Sequence record: DRR723986_3165
Direction: 5' to 3' (one strand)
Length of the DNA: 46,733 nt
This document shows positions 19,482 through 29,623 of the stretch, piece by piece; position 1 is the first letter of the stretch, and each line of letters opens with the position of its first letter. Below the pieces are notes generated by a model. The model saw only the letters and a program-made list of their open reading frames with translations, did no database searches and had not been told where the DNA came from. Made by a program: the position numbers and the translations under genes.

Positions 19482-20074
19482 AGCCTGCGAAGTCTTGCCA
19501 AGAGAGTGTCGGTTTTCCATGGAATATGCGACCAATTCAAGTGCTGCCTGGGCCACAATTAATGCAAGCATTCATTGTTTCGGCGCTGCGACATGAAAGC
19601 TTCGCTAGAACAACGCACGGTCGGAAGCTCAGCGAGCATAGGTCAATGCGAAGTCTGGTTGGACTGACCGCTAGAGTTGCGTTATCGTCTGGCTCTTGCC
19701 ACCGAGATTATAGAAAGTTTGCCAGCAAAGCTGCGCGAGAAATTGCCGCTACGGCTTGCTCGGTACCGGTCGCTCCGACAATCCTACTGGGCCACAACGA
19801 CAGATTGCTGAATAGCAGGCGTTCGTTTGCCCGTAGCGAACATGCTGACAAGCCCATAAGCCGAGCTAGGACTGGATATGCGGGTCTACAGGCAATTCAC
19901 CGAGGGCGCGACGTCGACCGAATTGCATGCAAAACATTGTTCACAGCTAGCATCATGCCGTGTTTGGATTGCTAGCAAACAAGCACAAATAATTCCATCG
20001 GTTTTTTCCACCAGCGGGACACTTGGTACCGTCAGCCAGAACCGCCTAAGTTGATTCCCAGATAGAAACCACTC

Positions 20075-20608
20075 ATGTTAAAAGCCGTCTATATCATATT
20101 GGCAGTCTTGATCGTTGGCTCAATTGTGCAAGCGATGGTGTACTATCCAATGATGCCAGAGCGGATTGCGTCACACTTTCGCCCCGACGGAACACCAGAC
20201 GGCTTCAGTTCCAAGATGCGATTCTTGGTAGCGCTTGTATCGGTCAACGTTGGGACGTCGGTAGTCCTGATTGTCACAGCACGTCTCATTCACCGCTTGC
20301 CCAATTCATTGATCAACGTCCCGTACAAGGATTATTGGCTTGCCGATGAGCGGCGGCGTGAATCACTGGTCTTCATAGAGGCGGCGATGCTCTGTACTGG
20401 CATTCTGACCGTCTTGCTATTCATGGGCATTGCGCACTTAACTCTCTTGGCCAATCAGGACGGGCAAGCTCGCATTGAACCGGTTTGGCTGGGCGGTTTG
20501 ATCGGCGGCTACATTTTCTCCGTCATGGCAACCACCGTCGCCATCCTCTCTCGTTTCAGCCGCCCTCCGAAGCAACCCACCGACAGCCCCAGCGCAACAG
20601 ATCGATAG
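20075..20608 (+). CDS. DUF1648 family membrane protein
   Basis: MPERIASHF...GTPDGFSSK after the first TM helix; INVPYKDYW; about 4 TM helices. Confidence 0.85.
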   Translation: MLKAVYIILAVLIVGSIVQAMVYYPMMPERIASHFRPDGTPDGFSSKMRFLVALVSVNVGTSVVLIVTARLIHRLPNSLINVPYKDYWLADERRRESLVFIEAAMLCTGILTVLLFMGIAHLTLLANQDGQARIEPVWLGGLIGGYIFSVMATTVAILSRFSRPPKQPTDSPSATDR

Positions 20609-20856
20609 GCCAACCACACGGATCGCCTCAACAGCCCCGCCGCATCACTATGCACATACAATCCGTAGTGCAGACAACCTGCCTGCCACCACCTCACTCG
20701 CCGTTGCCCCCGGGGCAATATATTGAACCAGGTGCGGCTGCCAAAACCCACGACGGTGGGGCTCCACCTTACCGTCCCACACCAACGAAAAAACAAGCAT
20801 AATTCTACTGGCGAACCGCTCGCGGGCGGGACCTACGGCGGTGTTCGTGCCGGGGG

Positions 20857-21360
20857 CTAGCCGAATACTCTGTGATAGATTTCGTAGCCTCCCCTCAACA
20901 ACAATAGAAAACAACCGAAGAAACTGTAGACGCATGCAGATGCAAAAGTTGCCGCGGCGTAGTCAACGTTTAGAATTCTTAGTTCGAAGGTTTCGAGGGG
21001 AGTGTTGTTATACGGTGGTTTTGATGCGAATAAAACCTCAGTCGTAAAAACAGAGTGACGTTCGTAAACTTGACGCAATTCCTTTTGAGTATAGTTGATG
21101 TCCGAAGCTCTCGCGGAGAACCGTTGCCCATCTATGAGTCCCGAGAACTCAATATTCCCTTTGCGACTCCTTTTGACTGAATCGATATGGAAATTCGCAG
21201 TCGTGTAACGTTCTTTGTTCAGTATGTATACCCATGTGCACAGTTGACCCCTCGCTGTCAGCATGAAAACACATGCACCGAGACAAAAAAGGACAAAGAG
21301 ACCAAAGGGCGTGGTGAAGTAGTGCGTGACTTTTGCCATATTAAGTGTCGAGCGGTTCAC
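20857..21360 (-). CDS. Hypothetical membrane protein (N- and C-terminal TM helices), AT-rich
   Basis: 167-codon ORF; GGAG upstream of GTG; two hydrophobic segments around a soluble loop; composition differs from its neighbours. Confidence 0.6.
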   Translation of the reverse strand: MNRSTLNMAKVTHYFTTPFGLFVLFCLGACVFMLTARGQLCTWVYILNKERYTTANFHIDSVKRSRKGNIEFSGLIDGQRFSARASDINYTQKELRQVYERHSVFTTEVLFASKPPYNNTPLETFELRILNVDYAAATFASACVYSFFGCFLLLLRGGYEIYHRVFG

Positions 21361-21415
21361 GTAACTTTAAACTCCATAACTGACTACGGTGCAGCGTCTC
21401 TAACTTGAGCTATTT

Positions 21416-21550
21416 TCACTTGCAACAATCATTACCTGTTGGCGACATCGGAAATACACAGGGACCTCCAAGTTTCAATCCGTAGTCAATTGAAGCTCTA
21501 ATTGTCCCAGTGAAATCAACTCCGTAATCTAAGTCTATGTCGCGTGTCGC
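21416..21550 (-). pseudogene. Possible 3' remnant of a truncated gene (ends ...GNDCCK*)
   Basis: 44-codon open frame without a start codon at its 5' end, AT-rich, directly upstream of the 20857-21360 gene. Confidence 0.3.
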
Positions 21551-21572
21551 CTATTGACTCAGCGTGAATTTT

Positions 21573-21649
21573 GCCGACGGCACCGATTGAAATTTGCTGA
21601 ATCAAGACACGTGAGAGGCTGGCCCGTTGGGCCGCCGACGGCACCGATT
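21573..21649. repeat. 16-bp perfect direct repeat GCCGACGGCACCGATT x2
   Basis: Copies at 21573-21588 and 21634-21649, 45-bp spacer. Confidence 0.9.
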
Positions 21650-22046
21650 ACGATTACGCTTGGTTGGTCAAGGCACATTCGCTTCTAACCATTTCAGCAC
21701 CACTCTGTCACACTCTGCCGTGACGTAGCCAACCAAACGAACAAATAGGCTAGCAGTTCTTCGTGGTGCGTCAGGGCAAAGCCGCGAACCGCCTTAAACT
21801 TTCTAGCGGCAAGCGAAGGCGATCCCGGAAGCAACTAGAGGATACTTGTCGAAATTCGACAGTCAGAATTTGAGTAAGTTCTAAAACAAGCGATGATGAT
21901 GGGCTACAATCCAGGCTTTCTGAATTCGCCGCTTGCGGGAGCAACTCTTGGGTGCTGAGATTTTTCAAGCCATAGCGCAGATTCCGCGCGTCGTGTTATC
22001 CCAAAATTGGGGTGATTCTCAGATCAAATTCATCGATCTGGGATTC

Positions 22047-23534
22047 ATGCTCGGGCAAGCGCCTGATGCAGTGGATTCAGCCGACGCGGGCTCAATGGCA
22101 GCAGGAGCCGAAAGTAGCTGGAATCTGCTCGATCTCGGTGTCTCGCCCTGGCTGGTTATTTTTGCAGTTCTAGGACCACTACTACTGCTTGTTCTGACGT
22201 TGCGCATTTACCCAACGCAGCGTCTGACCAGTATGCTGGGCGTACTGGCGTTCTTGGGGGCCCTGATTGTTTTCGTTCTACCGTCAGCCTGGCTGCCGTA
22301 CAGCTTTGGAGTGCTACTGCTGCTGTCTGGGGCAATGGCCGCGTTCATACTGGTCGATCTGTTGACGATCCCGAGTACGAGAGATCTATCGGTCAGCCGG
22401 CAAATGGCCCGCGTTGCTTCAATCAACAAACCACATGTGACGAAGCTGACTTTAGACAATCGTTCGAACCGATCATTCCGAGCGCGAATTGTTGAAGATG
22501 CCGCCGATGGACTGCTTCTCGACCCACCATTTCATTCCACGACAATACCGTCTGACAAGCGCACGATTCTTGAGCAAACGGCTACACCGCATCGCCGCGG
22601 AGCGTTCCAGCTCAAGAATGTCTATATTGAGTTATCAAGTCTGTTTCAGTTCTGGCGCAGGCAGTGCGAACTTGAATGTGAGTCGGAGTTGCATGTTTAC
22701 CCAGACATCCGCCAGATTTCAGAGTATGCCTTGCTGGCCAGAACCAATCGGCTAAGTCAGATTGGCGTTAGGCGAACAAGGAAGGCGGGGCAGGACAACG
22801 ATTTTGAGCGGCTGCGCGATTACCAACGTGATGACAATTACCGTCATATCGATTGGCGTAGTACGGCCCGTCGCCAGAAAATGACCGTTCGGCAATTTCA
22901 GACCGACCAAAGCCAGCGTGTTATATTCCTGCTGGATTGCGGCCGGATGATGACGAATGAGCACGACAACCTGAGCCTGCTGGATTATTCACTGAATGCG
23001 ATTCTCATGCTCAGCTACGTCGCTCTTGATCAGGGCGATTCAGTTGGAATGTTGGCGTTTTCCGATTCGGTGCATACGTACGTGCCGCCCGCCAGCGGTC
23101 GCAAGCAGATGAACCGCTTGTTGCATGCAGGATTCGATCAGTTCCCGCAACTCGTCCAGTCGAGGTTTGACGAAGCGTTCCTGTACCTGAGTCAACACTG
23201 CAGACGCAGGTCGCTTGTCGTGTTGGTATCGAATGTAATTGACGAAGTGAACGCGGCTCAGATTCAGAATTACATGCAGAACTTGGTTGGCAGCCACTTG
23301 CCGTTGTTGGTTCTCTTGCGCGATCACCAGATATTTTCTGCCGCAGACTATCCTACTTCGGATGATGAGCTTGTTTTCCGAAGTGCGGCCGCTAGCCAAT
23401 TACTATTGTGGCGCAACGAAGTGATTCGGAACGTCGAAGCACGCGGAGCGATGACCTTGGACGTCTTTCCCGAGCAAATGACTGCATCAATGGTAAATCA
23501 GTACCTCGAAATCAAAGCACGCCACCTGCTCTAG
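22047..23534 (+). CDS. DUF58 domain protein (MoxR-associated, vWA-like) with N-terminal TM helices
   Basis: RRGAFQL, VYPD, DFERLRDYQRDDNYRHIDWRSTARR, LLDCGRMM, GDSVG; start uncertain. Confidence 0.9.
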   Translation: MLGQAPDAVDSADAGSMAAGAESSWNLLDLGVSPWLVIFAVLGPLLLLVLTLRIYPTQRLTSMLGVLAFLGALIVFVLPSAWLPYSFGVLLLLSGAMAAFILVDLLTIPSTRDLSVSRQMARVASINKPHVTKLTLDNRSNRSFRARIVEDAADGLLLDPPFHSTTIPSDKRTILEQTATPHRRGAFQLKNVYIELSSLFQFWRRQCELECESELHVYPDIRQISEYALLARTNRLSQIGVRRTRKAGQDNDFERLRDYQRDDNYRHIDWRSTARRQKMTVRQFQTDQSQRVIFLLDCGRMMTNEHDNLSLLDYSLNAILMLSYVALDQGDSVGMLAFSDSVHTYVPPASGRKQMNRLLHAGFDQFPQLVQSRFDEAFLYLSQHCRRRSLVVLVSNVIDEVNAAQIQNYMQNLVGSHLPLLVLLRDHQIFSAADYPTSDDELVFRSAAASQLLLWRNEVIRNVEARGAMTLDVFPEQMTASMVNQYLEIKARHLL

Positions 23535-23561
23535 ATTCTGCCTCCGGCAACCTAGCTCCGG

Positions 23562-25883
23562 CTAGCTCCACGATAGATCGTGATCGTCCAAGGGTAGGTC
23601 GCGAATTCGTTTGCCCGTTGCGGCGAAGATTGCGTTGCAAACTGCCGGAGCGAAGCTTGGCACGCCGGTTTCGCCAACGCCTGCTGGAGCAGCAGTGCTT
23701 TCGACGACTTCGACGTGGATGTTTTTCGGCGAGTCCGACATCTTTGCAACTGGGTAGCTGTCAAAGTTCGTTTGTTGGGCAACGCCGTTCTTGAAAGTGA
23801 TTTTCCCATATCGCACTTGGGTGGTGCCCATGATGGCCGCTCCTTCCACCTGCGAAACAACCCGATCAGGACTGACGATCGTTCCTGCATCGAGTGCAAC
23901 CCAGACGTTTGGAATGATTACGGTACCGCCCTTGGTTACTTCCACTTCTACGACATGTCCCGTGTAGCCGAGGAAGGAACGAGCACACGCGATTCCGAGT
24001 CCTCTGCCTTGAGGTAGTTCCTTGCGATTCGCCCAGTCTGCCATCTCGGCACTGCGCCGCAAGACATGCTTAAGCCGCGCGATGTCACAAGGGTAGTCTT
24101 TCTCCGATGCACCTCGGTTACCAAGTCCCTCGGCAGCAAGGTCCATGATTCGGTCTTCGCCCAGCAGGTCGAGGAGGTATTCCAAAGGATCGCGCCCAGC
24201 CTGATGGGCCAGTTCGTCGGCAAACGAGCTAACCGCAAAATTCTGCTGGATGTGGCAGACGGATCGCAGCCAGCCGATTCGAGTGTGCGCCAGAGATTTG
24301 CCTGATTCCAGTTGGATGTTTGGGATTGCAAAGGGCAGGTCGGTGTGCCCCATCTCTGCTTCCCAGGCCGCAGGCTGGTCGGCGCCCTCTTGGAAGGTTG
24401 ATGTGATCGTCGGGTACGCAACGCGTTGCAGCCAAGCCGATGGGTTGCCCTTCTCGTCCAGGGACGCTTCGCAGTGAATCGCGGCGATGGCGTGGTAGTA
24501 ATCGTGGAGTAAATCGTCTTCGCGCGTCCAAGTGACGTGGACGGGGCGTTTCATTTTCCGCGACAGCATTGCCGCCTCGACGCAATAGTCAGGCTTGCTC
24601 TTTCGACCGAATCCAGCGCCGAGAAGAGTAACGTTGACAAGCACTTCGTCCTCAGGGATCTCCATGGCTGGCCCTACAGCCTGCTGAACTGCCTGTGGGT
24701 TTTGGGTCGCAGCCAGTACGTGGCACGAAGTCACGTTGCCGCTGTCATCGGTTTTCACGTCCGCGACCGCACAAGTTGGTTCCATGGGGGCGTGCGACAA
24801 GTGAGGTACAGAGTATTGCGCCGCGAGAGTCTTCTCGGATTCACCGAGTGGTTCGAAGCCTTGGCCGACCTTTCGAATGATCGTTCCGGGCTTCTGCACA
24901 GTGGCTTTGAGCTGCTTCGCAAATTCGTCGGTGTCATAGTTCGCATTGTCACCGTCGTTCCACTCGATATCCAGGGCTTCTCGACCCTGCAATGCAGCCC
25001 AAGTATTCTTGGCCAAGACGGCAACTCCGCCGAGCGGTTGGAAGAGTGGAGCGCCCTTGAATCGCGGAAGCTCGACAACGTCGACTACGCCAGGAACTTC
25101 GCGGGCGGCTGCGTCATCGAAGCTGACCACGGTGCCGCCAACGACTGGTGGGCGTGCGACGACGGCAAACAGTTGCCCTGGCATCCTCGCGTCGATTCCA
25201 AAAACTGCCTTCCCAGTGAGGATGTCGTCCATATCGGTGATGGGTGCATCTTTACCGATGTATTTCCACTCACTACGCGGTTTGAAGGAGAGCTCGCTCT
25301 CTTTGGGCGGTTCCAACTTCCGCGCGATTTCGACCAGCTCTCCGTAAGGTATCGACTGGTCCGATCCCTTGACGTGGACGGCATGGTCTTTACCGTAGCA
25401 CTTCGATGCGTCGATACCTAGTTTTTGAGCGGCCGCTCGCTCCAGCATGGTGCGGGCCGTAGCGCCGGCCGAGCGCATGCGATCGAAGAAGAAGCGAATG
25501 CTATTGGATCCGTCGGTGTTTTGGTCGCCAAGTCGCTTGTCACCGCGGGCTTGTTGAATCTCCACTTTCGACCAATCAGCCTCAAGCTCATCAGCCAACA
25601 CGCGCGGAAGACCGGTGCGAATTCCTGTTCCCATTTCGCTTCGGTGAGCTACACAAGTGACAGTGCCGTTTGGAGCGATCGCGACAAAGAAGTCTGGCGA
25701 GAAACTGTCTGCGTCAAAGTTTGTGCCGTCGACGAGCGTTTGTTGGGCTTGGGAAAATTTGCCCATCAAGACCAGCGAACCTGCGGATACGCCCGCCAAG
25801 AACTTACGGCGGCTGAAACCAGGTTTGGTGACTTGTTGATCCGCAAGCGTACTTGTCATTAGTTCTCGGAGTGAGTTGCTCAT
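23562..25883 (-). CDS. Xanthine dehydrogenase family molybdopterin-binding subunit (IorB-like), Tat signal
   Basis: [49 protein letters not shown]...[20 protein letters not shown]. Confidence 0.93.
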   Translation of the reverse strand: MSNSLRELMTSTLADQQVTKPGFSRRKFLAGVSAGSLVLMGKFSQAQQTLVDGTNFDADSFSPDFFVAIAPNGTVTCVAHRSEMGTGIRTGLPRVLADELEADWSKVEIQQARGDKRLGDQNTDGSNSIRFFFDRMRSAGATARTMLERAAAQKLGIDASKCYGKDHAVHVKGSDQSIPYGELVEIARKLEPPKESELSFKPRSEWKYIGKDAPITDMDDILTGKAVFGIDARMPGQLFAVVARPPVVGGTVVSFDDAAAREVPGVVDVVELPRFKGAPLFQPLGGVAVLAKNTWAALQGREALDIEWNDGDNANYDTDEFAKQLKATVQKPGTIIRKVGQGFEPLGESEKTLAAQYSVPHLSHAPMEPTCAVADVKTDDSGNVTSCHVLAATQNPQAVQQAVGPAMEIPEDEVLVNVTLLGAGFGRKSKPDYCVEAAMLSRKMKRPVHVTWTREDDLLHDYYHAIAAIHCEASLDEKGNPSAWLQRVAYPTITSTFQEGADQPAAWEAEMGHTDLPFAIPNIQLESGKSLAHTRIGWLRSVCHIQQNFAVSSFADELAHQAGRDPLEYLLDLLGEDRIMDLAAEGLGNRGASEKDYPCDIARLKHVLRRSAEMADWANRKELPQGRGLGIACARSFLGYTGHVVEVEVTKGGTVIIPNVWVALDAGTIVSPDRVVSQVEGAAIMGTTQVRYGKITFKNGVAQQTNFDSYPVAKMSDSPKNIHVEVVESTAAPAGVGETGVPSFAPAVCNAIFAATGKRIRDLPLDDHDLSWS

Positions 25884-26341
25884 TGGTTCATCTCCTTGGC
25901 AGCAGCTTTAACGGCTTCGCGAATTCGTGGGTACGTACCGCAGCGGCAGATGTTCCACATTTCCGACTCGATATCTTCATCGCTTGGGACGCCGTCAGCC
26001 GCCTTCAACATTGCTGCCGCCATCATCATTTGCCCAACTTGGCAGTAACCGCACTGGGGAACATTGTGTTCTCGCCAAGCTTTCTGAACCGGATGCGAAG
26101 CGTCTTCAGACAAACCTTCGATCGTCGTGACTTCAGAATCGCCTATTTCGGAAAGATCCGTTACGCAAGATTGCACCGCGTCGCCATCAACATGGACGGT
26201 ACACGCGCCGCATTCCGAAACGCCGCAACCATATTTTGTCCCAGTCAATCCAAGATGGTCGCGAAGGACCCACAGCAAAGGAGTGTCTTCGGGGACTCCT
26301 GACACATCATGTTCCTTGCCGTTGACCTTTATCTTCGCCAT
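25880..26341 (-). CDS. (2Fe-2S)-binding small subunit (IorA-like)
   Basis: [41 protein letters not shown]; 4-bp overlap with the large subunit. Confidence 0.95.
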   Translation of the reverse strand: MAKIKVNGKEHDVSGVPEDTPLLWVLRDHLGLTGTKYGCGVSECGACTVHVDGDAVQSCVTDLSEIGDSEVTTIEGLSEDASHPVQKAWREHNVPQCGYCQVGQMMMAAAMLKAADGVPSDEDIESEMWNICRCGTYPRIREAVKAAAKEMNQ

Positions 26342-26626
26342 ATTTCTAGCCTCTTACCCAAATAAGATATGCCCAGGTCCGCAAGCGATTGCTGGTTCGT
26401 TGCGTGCTGGAGTCCACCGGCCATTATACCGGTTCACGCCCCCTACTGGGACCGCAACTCGGGAGGCAGCATGGCAAATCGGAGTTCCATGCCGTTGGGG
26501 TTGAAGGTGGCTAGTGCGGTTACAAGGTGAACGCAGCCGGAGGACACGTCGGCTTAGCGAAGGCGATTCGTAGCTTCTGCCACAGCAAATTGAAGCTCAG
26601 CGTGCGGTGCAGTTGCGACAAGGCGG

Positions 26627-26980
26627 CTATTCGGTGGCCTTTGGCGAACTGTCGACTGTCGGTACGCGAAACTGCCAAGCGGCCCAGCCAGCTACCGCGG
26701 CACCAAGAACGATAAACCGCAGGGGGCTCCGGCGTGGCGCACCGCCTCCAGCTTCCGTCGGCAGAAAGAAAACGCTTATTCCGATCCCAGCAATGGCAAG
26801 GCCGAGAAGCACGATCCCTGCGTAAACGAAAGTCGACTTGCCGCTCCGGTGCCGTGTGTCGCATTCGTTGCACACAAAGCCTGGCTTCCGGGAGAATTGA
26901 TTTGGTGGAAGCGCCGCCAAATCCCCACTGCCGCAAGCAGTGCAGTAGCCATTAGTGCTGCTTTCGGATGGCTCACTCAT
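26627..26980 (-). CDS. Small zinc-ribbon + two-TM membrane protein
   Basis: CTAC-x20-CNEC followed by two hydrophobic helices. Confidence 0.65.
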   Translation of the reverse strand: MSEPSESSTNGYCTACGSGDLAALPPNQFSRKPGFVCNECDTRHRSGKSTFVYAGIVLLGLAIAGIGISVFFLPTEAGGGAPRRSPLRFIVLGAAVAGWAAWQFRVPTVDSSPKATE

Positions 26981-27128
26981 TTGTTAACTCTCTAAGTTGA
27001 CCTTACACGACTCGTATCACCGGTGACCTGTTACGTAGGCTACTCGTTGTGCAAGCTGGTGTCAACCTTCAAGCCGTTCAGGACAGCCATGCCCGGTACG
27101 TTGCTGGGCAGAGCTGGTGCTGCTGAGG

Positions 27129-28307
27129 TTAGTCGCGGGTGACTTCGATTACGAATAAGCACTGGGCGCCTTCGAGGGGTGCGGCGGCGAGGATGCTGGG
27201 CGTGCCTGGCACCAAACGCATCTGTACATCGGCCGACGTGAGAATCACCACCGGAGAAGGTCTGGCGACTCTCAAGCTCAAGCTGAGCTTCAAGGCTTCG
27301 GAATCATCAGCACTGGAACTGACCATCCCGCTTGCCGATAACTGGAAGGGCTGGCTGTCCAGCAAAGCGTTTCCCTCGACGCTAAATTCGCTCGGTTTGT
27401 CAGATACACTCGAGCGACAAAGCATCTGCGATACGAGAGTTACATCCCCAAATCCCAACGCCGAAGCTCGATCCGCGACTGCCTGATAACGCTTCGGAAC
27501 GTTGCGACTCTCCGTATCATCGCTTGCTACGACAAACATGGCCGTCGTGACCACGTAATCGCGAGAACCTGAACCGGCCACCTGCGATTGAGTTTGAACG
27601 TTCTGAAGCAACAATTGGTAGCGCTTTGAAAATGCGTCGACTGCTTCCTTTTTCCCGCGAACAATAGCCATCTTCATGTCGGGCACATAATCAACTTCGA
27701 CGTCCATCTCGTTGGCGACACCGCCCATGATCTGTGCTATTGAACGCTCGCTTGATTTGTCAACTTCCATGGGGATGACCTGCGAAGAATTCGAAGTGTC
27801 TTGGGCGTCCAGCAACTGGAGGATCGCGTCCACTGATTCTAGTTCGTCACCTGTCGCAGTGACAAAAAGCCGATTTAGTCGTTCATCCGCCGTCACATCG
27901 GCTCGAATTGAATGCGTCGCCAGCATCTGCTGGAGTACACGAGCTGTCTCCCTCGCTTGGGCGTATTTGAGCTCGAATGCTTTGACACTCCGCTTGTCAT
28001 CTTTCTTCGGAGCCGGCTTACCAGGTACGTCAAGATTCTCAACAAGATCTTTCAGTGTATCAAGCTGTTCCTTGGTGCCGCGCACCAGGAGAGAATTCGT
28101 AGCCTGTTCGGCAGCAATCGTCGGTCCCTCGCGGCCGAGTAATTCTTCGATTGCCGACGCTAGCTCGCGTGCAACCGTGTGCTCAATCCTCAGAACTTGC
28201 ACCAGTTGTTGCGGAGGGGGGGGCTCAAGTTGTCCTTGTGAAATACCCGCCAAGGGGCACGCAAGGGTCAGCATTGCGAGCGTGAGTAGCTGTACGTGAT
28301 TTCGCAT
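27129..28307 (-). CDS. Secretin N-terminal (NolW-like) repeat protein with a short C-terminal domain
   Basis: Signal peptide; repeats TNSLLVRGTKEQLDTLKDLVENLD and LKYAQA...DERLNRLFVTATGDELESVDAILQLLD. Confidence 0.8.
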   Translation of the reverse strand: MRNHVQLLTLAMLTLACPLAGISQGQLEPPPPQQLVQVLRIEHTVARELASAIEELLGREGPTIAAEQATNSLLVRGTKEQLDTLKDLVENLDVPGKPAPKKDDKRSVKAFELKYAQARETARVLQQMLATHSIRADVTADERLNRLFVTATGDELESVDAILQLLDAQDTSNSSQVIPMEVDKSSERSIAQIMGGVANEMDVEVDYVPDMKMAIVRGKKEAVDAFSKRYQLLLQNVQTQSQVAGSGSRDYVVTTAMFVVASDDTESRNVPKRYQAVADRASALGFGDVTLVSQMLCRSSVSDKPSEFSVEGNALLDSQPFQLSASGMVSSSADDSEALKLSLSLRVARPSPVVILTSADVQMRLVPGTPSILAAAPLEGAQCLFVIEVTRD

Positions 28308-28345
28308 CAATTGTTTTCCTGTGAAGGTAGTGTGTGAAAAATAAG

Positions 28346-29044
28346 TTAACGGACGGACACGCGCGTCCCAGTTGGTAGTACCCAGTAAAACGGAATATCT
28401 TCGGATTCATCTTGCTGTACAATCTCATAGCCGTTTTGGGCCCTGAGGCTGATAGCAGGGGTGGGCGAAGATTGCAATGGAAACGCTGCAGCGACATCGA
28501 TCGCTCCGGTTCTGCCGCTTGACAATTCACTGGTTGCCGAATCAGCGTCTCGTTCGGGGGGCTGTAAGTCTGTAATTTCGAGATTCTCAATAGGCTGCGC
28601 CGGAATTTTGTCGTGACTTGCTGTTTCGTCCAGCAGCGATGGACCAAGCGTGAAGCACAGCAACAGGCTCGCCGCTAAGGCGCCTCCCAGAAGCCACAAC
28701 GCCGAAGTTCTGCGGGCGGTGCCTTGGTTCGGACTGGGCTGCAAGCCGTTGACAAACGCTGGGTCGGAAAACTGAGCTGGGGCGGGAATCAGAGCTTCAG
28801 GTATACTGATGTTGGCGTTGGCCGACAGGAGCGCTCTGTCCATATCACCGGCCCAGTCGTATTGCCCCGCGGCCGCCGCTGCGGCGCACGCGGGGCAATT
28901 CTCAAGATGCGATTCAATTTCAACCCAGTCGATATCGCTGGCAGTATCAACACTCGTAATATCGGTGTCGGATGCAGCCATGAGTGTCGACATTACCAGT
29001 CGGCATTCGTCGGGGAGTCCACCCGTTCGCACTGATTCACTCAT
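28346..29044 (-). CDS. Putative zinc-binding (zf-HC2/ZAS) transmembrane anti-sigma factor
   Basis: HLENCPAC (HxxxCxxC), single TM helix, directly downstream of the ECF sigma gene. Confidence 0.8.
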   Translation of the reverse strand: MSESVRTGGLPDECRLVMSTLMAASDTDITSVDTASDIDWVEIESHLENCPACAAAAAAGQYDWAGDMDRALLSANANISIPEALIPAPAQFSDPAFVNGLQPSPNQGTARRTSALWLLGGALAASLLLCFTLGPSLLDETASHDKIPAQPIENLEITDLQPPERDADSATSELSSGRTGAIDVAAAFPLQSSPTPAISLRAQNGYEIVQQDESEDIPFYWVLPTGTRVSVR

Positions 29045-29089
29045 AAGTTAATCTCTTGGTAGTCTTTGGTTGGGATCGCTTCGAGCAGT

Positions 29090-29623
29090 TCAGTTTGGCT
29101 TGGATCGCAGTTCACTGCTTGTTGATAATTTCTCCGGCGACAGCTCCGGCATGGCCCGACGCATCCGCGCCCGTGCAACGCACAAACTCGCTTTGACCGC
29201 GTCGGGCCGAATCTGAAGTATGCTGGCGATCTCAGAAGCTTCCATCTGTTCACATGCTGTCAAGTACAAAACGCTCCGCTGACGGTCGGGCAGCTTGTCT
29301 AGCAACCGTAGGCTAAGGGCGACATCTTCTTTCAACTCGAGTTGGTGTTCAGCAGAAACTGCCGCACCCGGCTGTTCAATCTTCCCGCTTTGCAGGACCG
29401 CCGTGCGCCGCGAGTTTTTCCGCACCTGATCGTGAAAGCAGTTTGACGCCGTGCGAAAAAGCCAGACTCTTATCGCTTTGCCATCGGATGTGACTGGTGG
29501 ATTTGCAAGTGCTCGGAGGACCGTTTCTTGCATTAAATCCTCCGCCCAGTGCACGTCGCCCTTCGTCAAGCGCAGCGCGAAACGATAAACGTTCGGCAAC
29601 TGCACTTCGATGGCTTCGCGCAT
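29090..29623 (-). CDS. ECF RNA polymerase sigma factor
   Basis: Region 2 VYRFALRL..AEDLMQETVLRA..WLFRTASNCFHD; region 4 LDKLPDRQRSVLYL..EIASIL..VKASLCVARARMRR. Confidence 0.93.
   Translation of the reverse strand: MREAIEVQLPNVYRFALRLTKGDVHWAEDLMQETVLRALANPPVTSDGKAIRVWLFRTASNCFHDQVRKNSRRTAVLQSGKIEQPGAAVSAEHQLELKEDVALSLRLLDKLPDRQRSVLYLTACEQMEASEIASILQIRPDAVKASLCVARARMRRAMPELSPEKLSTSSELRSKPN

Noticed and set aside
19526-19975. 149-aa ORF in the dgt/DUF1648 divergent region
   Set aside because: No motif or RBS, and Arg/Ser-rich composition typical of non-coding frames
21573-21649. Mini CRISPR array
   Set aside because: Only two 16-bp copies, too short for CRISPR repeats, and no cas genes
27129-28307. 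Full type II secretion secretin GspD
   Set aside because: Too short, no complete secretin barrel motifs, no gsp operon
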